The notes beneath the pieces were generated by a model, which worked only from the letters and a program-made list of their open reading frames with translations, searched no databases and was not told the origin of the DNA. The translations under genes were made by a program, and so were the position numbers. A stretch of 64,000 nt of DNA from Sphingomicrobium sp. (lineage in GTDB: Bacteria; Pseudomonadota; Alphaproteobacteria; Sphingomonadales; Sphingomonadaceae): positions 9,125 through 73,124 of the forward strand of contig DATLXR010000007.1 in NCBI GenBank assembly GCA_035575595.1. The letters are read 5' to 3'. Positions 58,217 through 64,000 of this stretch are shown in pieces (positions within the stretch are counted from its first letter, which is position 1; every line of letters begins with the position of its first letter).

Positions 58217-59869
58217 TCAACCGCCCCGCAGAGCGCTGATTGTCGTCTGGTTCGTAATCACTTCGACATCGGTGATGCAGTGGAGCAGGCGGATTCCCCC
58301 GCGCTCCATTGCGCGATCGAAGGCTGGGGCGAACTGCTCGGTGGTCTCGACGCGCTCGGCCCAGCCGCCATAGGCTTCGGCAAGTTTGGCGAAATTGGGG
58401 TTGGCGAGGGTCGTGGCGCTGATCCGTTCGGGATAATCGCGCTCCTGATGCATCCGGATCGTCCCGTAGGCACTATTGTCGACGAGGATGATGAGCAGGT
58501 TCGCGCCATATTGTGCGGCGGTCGCGAGTTCCTGGCCGTTCATCAGGAAATCGCCGTCGCCCGCGACGCAGACCACGGTCCGGTCCTTGAAGCGTAGTGC
58601 CGCAGCGACGGCGGCGGGGAGGCCGTAGCCCATCGTCCCGCTCGTCGGCGCGAGCTGGGTGGGCTGTGCGCCATAGTGCCAGTAGCGATGCCACCAGCCT
58701 GAGAAATTGCCCGCGCCGTTGCAGATGATGGTGTCGCCGGAAAGTTTTTTGCGCATGATTTTCACACATGGGCCAAGGTCGAGTTTGACTCCGTCGCGTG
58801 GCCTGGGCTCGCTCCATTCAAGCCAGTCGCGGTGCGCTTCCTCGCCGGCGGAGAAACGCACAAGCTCGGGATCGCTCCACTCGTCGGCCATTTGCGCGAA
58901 TTCGCTCATGTCGGCGCAAATCGGCAAATCGGCGTGATAAACCCGGCCAAGCTCGTTCGGGTCGGGGTGGATGTGGACCAGGGACTGGCCGGGATGGTCG
59001 GGGGTTATGAGCTTGTAGCCGTCAGTGGTCGACTCACCGAGCCGCGCCCCGACGACGATCAATAGGTCGGCGTCGCGAACGCGCTGCTGGAGTTTGGGGT
59101 TTGGGCCGTAGCCCAATTGGCCGGCGTAGACGCCGCAATCGTTGGCGACCGCATCCTGACGGCGGAAGGCGGCGGCGGTCGGAATGCCGTGGCGAAACGC
59201 GAAATTGGCCCAGTGGTGGCCGGCGCAGGGACTCCAGTCGGCGCCACCGACGATCGCCAGCGGGTTGGTGGCTTGCTTGAGCAGTTCGAAGAGTGCGGCA
59301 ATGGCGCCCGGATCGGGTGTCTCGGCGACCGGGGGAACGCGCGGGCGGTCGAGCGCATCGACCTCTTCGCGGAGCATGTCCTCCGGAATGGCGAGCACGA
59401 CCGGGCCGGGGCGGCCGGCGGTGGCGACTCGATAGGCGCGCGCGACATATTCGGGAATGCGGCGCGCGTCGTCGATCCGGGCCGTCCATTTGGCGATTGG
59501 CGCGAAAAAGGCTGGGAAGTCGATTTCCTGAAAGCCCTCGCGGTCCTTGTCGGCGCGATCGAGGTCGCCGACGAACAGGATCATTGGGGTCGAGTCCTGG
59601 AACGCCACATGGACCCCGGCGCTGGCATTGGTTGCGCCAGGACCGCGGGTGACGAACGCGACGCCAGGGCGGCCAGTCATCTTGCCATCGGCATCGGCCA
59701 TGTAGGCGACTCCGCCCTCCTGGCGGCAGACTGTGACGTCGATCTCGTCGGCGTCGTGGAGCGCGTCAAGCACGGCGAGGAAGCTCTCGCCGGGGACAGT
59801 GAAGACTCGGTCGCAACCCTGGATAATTAGTTGATCGACTAGGAACTGGCCGCCGGTGCGTAGGGTCAT
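58217..59869 (-). CDS. Thiamine pyrophosphate-dependent enzyme (acetolactate synthase-like)
   Basis: VPGESFL, RQEGG, TRGPGATN, GDGDFLM...N..YGTIR. Confidence 0.92.
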   Translation of the reverse strand: MTLRTGGQFLVDQLIIQGCDRVFTVPGESFLAVLDALHDADEIDVTVCRQEGGVAYMADADGKMTGRPGVAFVTRGPGATNASAGVHVAFQDSTPMILFVGDLDRADKDREGFQEIDFPAFFAPIAKWTARIDDARRIPEYVARAYRVATAGRPGPVVLAIPEDMLREEVDALDRPRVPPVAETPDPGAIAALFELLKQATNPLAIVGGADWSPCAGHHWANFAFRHGIPTAAAFRRQDAVANDCGVYAGQLGYGPNPKLQQRVRDADLLIVVGARLGESTTDGYKLITPDHPGQSLVHIHPDPNELGRVYHADLPICADMSEFAQMADEWSDPELVRFSAGEEAHRDWLEWSEPRPRDGVKLDLGPCVKIMRKKLSGDTIICNGAGNFSGWWHRYWHYGAQPTQLAPTSGTMGYGLPAAVAAALRFKDRTVVCVAGDGDFLMNGQELATAAQYGANLLIILVDNSAYGTIRMHQERDYPERISATTLANPNFAKLAEAYGGWAERVETTEQFAPAFDRAMERGGIRLLHCITDVEVITNQTTISALRGG

Positions 59870-59980
59870 GGAAGCGCTCTAACGGTAAGCGTGGGGCTTG
59901 TGGAGGCGTTACTTGCACTGCGTGTTCAACAAGCGCAGACTGAACTTGCTTGTACGCGTTGTTTCCTGGGGAGGGGCGAC

Positions 59981-61786
59981 ATGGTACTATTTGCGGCTGC
60001 AATGGCGGCGGGGCTGGTCGGAAGCGGAACCGCGACTGAGGCTCACTACAAATTCGACATCGCTCGTTCACAGGGCAGCATCTACAATCCGTGGACGCGG
60101 AGCGACGATCGGGTCGAGCTTCGATCGTTTCGGGGCAGTGGCGCCAAGGAAGGCGACTTTGTCGCGCCGACGATCAGGGTTTCGCCCGGGCAGACGCTAA
60201 CGGTCGATCTCGATAACCAGCTTGAGCAATGCAACAAGAAGCAAGTGGCCGACAAGCGCTGCTTCAACGAGACCAACCTGCACACCCACGGCTTGTGGGT
60301 ATCGCCTGCGGGCAATAGCGACAACGTACTGATCTCGATCCCGCCGGGCGGCATATTCCGTTATCAATACAAAATTTCGAGCGACCATCCGGCCGGCACC
60401 TTCTGGTACCATCCCCATCACCATGGATCGGGCTTTGTGCAAGTCGGAAGCGGCATGGCGGGGGCGCTGGTCGTGACCGGCAATCGAAAGCCGACCGCAA
60501 GCAGGCCGGGGGATATCGATATTCTGCTAAAAGATGCTCGAGGTAAGCCGTTTTCCGAGCGGGTCATGCTGTTTCAGCAAATCCAATATGGGTGCCTCGA
60601 TACTAAGGGCGTGATCGAAGGCAAGACTCAAAAGGACGAGGATGGATTTGACGAATATGTCCGTCCATTGACTTGCTCGCCAGGGAAGATCGGCGGGATC
60701 GAGAGTTTCGACAATGACATGACCTGGATCAACTCGGGTCGGTTCACGGGCATCAACGGCAAGGTGCAGCCGACGCTGCCGGAGGCTCGCGCGGGCGCGT
60801 TTGAGCGCTGGCGCCTGATCCACGGAGGCACCCGCGAACGCATCCGGATGCGGCTGCATCGGCTTGACCAAGGCGCGCCGGACTTGCGCACGGTCAAGGG
60901 CGCGGACCAAGAGGGATGGATCAAGCGCTACTGTGGCGGGCCAAGGATCAAGATGTGGCAGATCGCGCTCGACGGGCTGACTCGCTCCGATGTCCGACCA
61001 GTTGATCAAGCCGTGCTGTTCCCCGGCGAGCGAATGGACATGCTTGCCCGGCTGCCGGAGGCAGGACGCTATTGCATCATTCAGGATTCGACGCGGGAGC
61101 CGTCAAAGCCGCTGCCACTGCGGGTGCTTGCGGTGCTGGCAGCCAAGGGCGGCTCGCCCGGAGCGACCGATGGCACTGTGGAGCTGCAAAGGGTTCTGCT
61201 GCGGGCAGCGGGGTCATCGCTTCAAGGCGCGGCGAGTGCCGCAATTCGCGGCAAGGTCATCGCAGAATTGCAAGGCGGCATGAAGCTGGCGTCCTTCGCG
61301 CCGCATAAGGCGATCGCTGAGGAGGAGGTCAGCGGCTATCGCGAGGCGATCGTCAACATTGTCGAAACGCCGAAGGACGCCTTTTTTCAAATCAATGGTC
61401 GGCCTTACGATCATGACCGGATCGACCATCTTCTCCCACTCGGCAAGGCCGAGGAGTGGCGAGCGATTTCGCTGCTTGGGGCGCACCCGCTGCACATCCA
61501 CGTCAACCCGTTCCAGATCGTCTCAATCAAGGATCCGAAGGGCAATGACGTGACCGATCCTTCGAGCTCGATGTTCGACGCCGATTTCGCGGGACTAAAA
61601 GGCGAATGGAAGGACACGATCATGCTGAAGCAGGACATGCGTGTTGCGGTGCGTACGCGCTATGAGCGCTTCACCGGAGACTTCGTCACCCATTGCCACA
61701 TCATGTTCCATGGCGACCACGGCATGATGCAAAACCTGCGCATCGCGGCGGAAGGGGAAAAGGAAGTGAAGCACGCTGGGCATTGA
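59981..61786 (+). CDS. Multicopper oxidase
   Basis: All four Cu motifs present: HTHG, WYHPH, HPLHIH, HCHIMFHGDHGMM. Confidence 0.93.
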   Translation: MVLFAAAMAAGLVGSGTATEAHYKFDIARSQGSIYNPWTRSDDRVELRSFRGSGAKEGDFVAPTIRVSPGQTLTVDLDNQLEQCNKKQVADKRCFNETNLHTHGLWVSPAGNSDNVLISIPPGGIFRYQYKISSDHPAGTFWYHPHHHGSGFVQVGSGMAGALVVTGNRKPTASRPGDIDILLKDARGKPFSERVMLFQQIQYGCLDTKGVIEGKTQKDEDGFDEYVRPLTCSPGKIGGIESFDNDMTWINSGRFTGINGKVQPTLPEARAGAFERWRLIHGGTRERIRMRLHRLDQGAPDLRTVKGADQEGWIKRYCGGPRIKMWQIALDGLTRSDVRPVDQAVLFPGERMDMLARLPEAGRYCIIQDSTREPSKPLPLRVLAVLAAKGGSPGATDGTVELQRVLLRAAGSSLQGAASAAIRGKVIAELQGGMKLASFAPHKAIAEEEVSGYREAIVNIVETPKDAFFQINGRPYDHDRIDHLLPLGKAEEWRAISLLGAHPLHIHVNPFQIVSIKDPKGNDVTDPSSSMFDADFAGLKGEWKDTIMLKQDMRVAVRTRYERFTGDFVTHCHIMFHGDHGMMQNLRIAAEGEKEVKHAGH

Positions 61787-61803
61787 TGCTGCCCAGGGGC
61801 AGC

Positions 61804-63231
61804 TTATGCCTGGTGGATCGCCTTCACCACCTGATAGGTTTCGAGCCCTTCTTTTCCGCCTTCGCTGCCGAAGCCTGAGTCCTTGACGCCGCCAAACGGG
61901 GCGTCGGCCATTGAGATGGCGAAGCTGTTGATTCCGACCATTCCGCTTTCGATGGCGTCGCCGAGGAGATTGGCGCGGCGGCCATTTTCGGTAAAGGCGA
62001 AGGCGGCGAGGCCGAAGGGGAGGCGATTGGCTTGCTCGATCGCTTCGTCGAAGGTCGCGAATTTGGCGGTCACCGCGACCGGGCCGAAGGGCTCCTCGTT
62101 CATGATGTCGGCGGTGGCCGGGACATCGCCAAGTAGGGTTGGCTGGAAAAAGAAGCCTGAGTCGCTGCGCTGACCACCGGCAAGGACTCGGGCGCCCTTG
62201 GCTTCGGCGTCATTGACCAGTTTTTCGATCGCGTCGGGGCGGCGGGCGTTGGCGAGCGGGCCCATTTTGGTGTCGGCGCTGAGTCCGTCTCCGGTCTTCA
62301 CTTTCGCCGTGCGCGCCGCGAAGCCATTGAGGAAGGCGTCGTAAATGCCTTCCTGGACGTAGAATCGCGTGGGGGACACGCAGACCTGACCCGCGTTGCG
62401 GAATTTCTGCGGCACGACCATGTCGAGCGTCTTTTCAAGGTCACAGTCGTCGAAGACCAGGACCGGGGCATGGCCACCGAGTTCGAGCGTGATGCGGGTC
62501 ATGGTATCGGCGGCGAGCTTCATCAAATGCTTGCCGACCGGTACCGAACCGGTGAAGCTGACTTTGCGGATGATTTCGCTGCCCATCAGTGTCGTGCTGA
62601 CGAGGTCTGCCTGGCCGTGGACGAGCTGCGCAACCCCGGCGGGGATGCCCGCATCGCCCAGCGCCCGGAATAGCTCGCCAGTACAGCCCGGGGTTTCCTG
62701 TGGCGGGCGGCTGATCACTGTGCAGCCTGCGGCGAGTGCGGCGGCGATTTTTTTCGCGAGCAGATAGATTGGGAAATTCCAGGGGGTGAAAGTCGCGGTC
62801 GGGCCGACCGGCTGACGGATCACGATCGAGCGCTGGCCGCTCGGGCGGACCAGAGTGCGGCCATAGTCGCGCTTGATTTCGTCGGCATACCAACTGAACA
62901 TCGATGCCGAGCCAAGCACTTCGGCCTTGGCTTCGCCGAGCGGCTTGCCCTGTTCCTGAGTAAGGATAGCGGCGATGTGATCGACGCGTTCGGTCAGGAG
63001 TTGCGCGGTCTTGTGGAGGATCGCGGCACGTTTTTCGACGTCGGTCGCTCGCCACAGCGGCCAGGCGCGCTGCGTCGCGGCGAGCGCTTCGTCGAGGTCC
63101 GCTTTGCTCGCCAATGGGACGTCAGCGATGCCGCTCGCGGTGACGGGATTAATGACCGAAAAAGTGTCGCGGCCTTCGCCCGAGCGCCAATTTCCATCGA
63201 TGAATAATTTCAGGTCTGCGTCATAGCTCAT
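61804..63231 (-). CDS. NAD(P)-dependent aldehyde dehydrogenase (succinate-semialdehyde dehydrogenase-like)
   Basis: PWNFP, SFTGS, LELGGHAP, AGQVCVS, EEPFGP, PFGGVKDSG. Confidence 0.92.
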   Translation of the reverse strand: MSYDADLKLFIDGNWRSGEGRDTFSVINPVTASGIADVPLASKADLDEALAATQRAWPLWRATDVEKRAAILHKTAQLLTERVDHIAAILTQEQGKPLGEAKAEVLGSASMFSWYADEIKRDYGRTLVRPSGQRSIVIRQPVGPTATFTPWNFPIYLLAKKIAAALAAGCTVISRPPQETPGCTGELFRALGDAGIPAGVAQLVHGQADLVSTTLMGSEIIRKVSFTGSVPVGKHLMKLAADTMTRITLELGGHAPVLVFDDCDLEKTLDMVVPQKFRNAGQVCVSPTRFYVQEGIYDAFLNGFAARTAKVKTGDGLSADTKMGPLANARRPDAIEKLVNDAEAKGARVLAGGQRSDSGFFFQPTLLGDVPATADIMNEEPFGPVAVTAKFATFDEAIEQANRLPFGLAAFAFTENGRRANLLGDAIESGMVGINSFAISMADAPFGGVKDSGFGSEGGKEGLETYQVVKAIHQA

Positions 63232-63322
63232 GGCCTTGTTGATAGGCTTGGCGGGGGCGTGCGCCAACCCGTCTTGAACGCCCCGCGCGGCGCGGCTAGG
63301 CGAGTGACAAGAGGAGACGCAC

Positions 63323-63622
63323 ATGACCAAGTCCGAACTCGCCGCGAAGATGAATGAAAATCAGGCTTTTTTGCCGGGCAAAACCGTCAAGCTCGACTTC
63401 GGTGGCGAGGGAACGATCATGCTTGATGGCAATGCGGAGACGGTGAGCGAGGCGTCGGGCGAGGCCGATACGACGATCAAGATTTCATGGGATGATTGGC
63501 AGGCGATGGCCGAGGGCAAGTTGGACGGGATGACCGCGTTCATGACCGGCAAGCTGAAGGTCGAGGGCGACATGTCGAACGCGATGCAATTGCAGGGTTT
63601 GCTGTCGAAGCTTCGCGGCTGA
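63323..63622 (+). CDS. SCP2 sterol/lipid-binding domain protein
   Basis: AD.TI, G.LDGMTAFMTGKLKVEGDM; GAGGAG SD. Confidence 0.9.
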   Translation: MTKSELAAKMNENQAFLPGKTVKLDFGGEGTIMLDGNAETVSEASGEADTTIKISWDDWQAMAEGKLDGMTAFMTGKLKVEGDMSNAMQLQGLLSKLRG

Positions 63623-64000
63623 TGGCGCAGAAGATATTTCCTGACGCAGCCGCGGCGCTCGACGGGCTGTTGCACGATGGCATGACGATCGCTGCTGGCG
63701 GGTTCGGGCTGTGCGGAATTCCTGAGCGGCTGATCGACGCGGTCGTCGCTTCGGGCGTGAGCGGCCTGACGATCGCGTCGAACAATGCCGGGATCGACAA
63801 TGAGGGGCTTGGGAAGCTTCTACGGACGCGGCAGGTCGCCAAGATGATCTCATCCTATGTCGGAGAGAATAAGGAGTTCGAGCGGCAATATTTGGCGGGT
63901 GAGCTCGAGGTTGAATTTTGTCCGCAGGGAACGCTTGCCGAGCGAATGCGGGCGGGGGGCGCTGGAATTCCAGGCTTCTTTACCAAGACCGGCGTCGGCA
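63622..64000 (+). CDS. scoA: 3-oxoacid CoA-transferase subunit A (3'-truncated by window edge)
   Basis: DGMTIAAGGFGLCGIPE, SNNAG, SSYVGEN, PQGTLAER.RAGGAG. Confidence 0.9.
   Translation, partial: MAQKIFPDAAAALDGLLHDGMTIAAGGFGLCGIPERLIDAVVASGVSGLTIASNNAGIDNEGLGKLLRTRQVAKMISSYVGENKEFERQYLAGELEVEFCPQGTLAERMRAGGAGIPGFFTKTGVG

Noticed and set aside
57979-58239. 65-aa ORF 58042-58239 and a short reverse ORF between thiG and the TPP enzyme
   Set aside because: No SD, no motif, atypical composition; cannot be supported

Overview
High-GC alphaproteobacterial chromosome segment. Gene content and order suggest Sphingomonadaceae (inference). It is mostly housekeeping: typA, ppx-rlmE, dsbA/M48/rne, amidase-PBP1A-prfB, thyA, rpoC-rpoB, rplL-rplJ, rplA-rplK, nusG-secE-tRNA-Trp, aat, accCB-aroQ, thiSG and tRNA-Gln. 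I see no transposase, integrase, CRISPR array or rRNA. The interesting signal lies in three accessory inserts that split the secE-nusG-rplKAJL-rpoBC cluster. (i) An unannotated 23-aa hydrophobic ORF with a strong SD and a perfect GGAAC-N17-GTT (EcfG/sigmaT-type) promoter. (ii) A degenerate ~107-bp tandem array of terminator+hairpin units behind rplL, with a further partial copy on the far side of a fasciclin gene. (iii) A pair of Tat-type ferritin-like genes (the first has a stop at codon 3) beside mntH and a DksA/TraR-family gene. (iv) A triply frameshifted gene between nusG and rplK. Four EcfG-type promoters with identical spacing occur in the window. Five accessory genes are disrupted while all core genes are intact. 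All calls come from reading the sequence only; no database searches were run.
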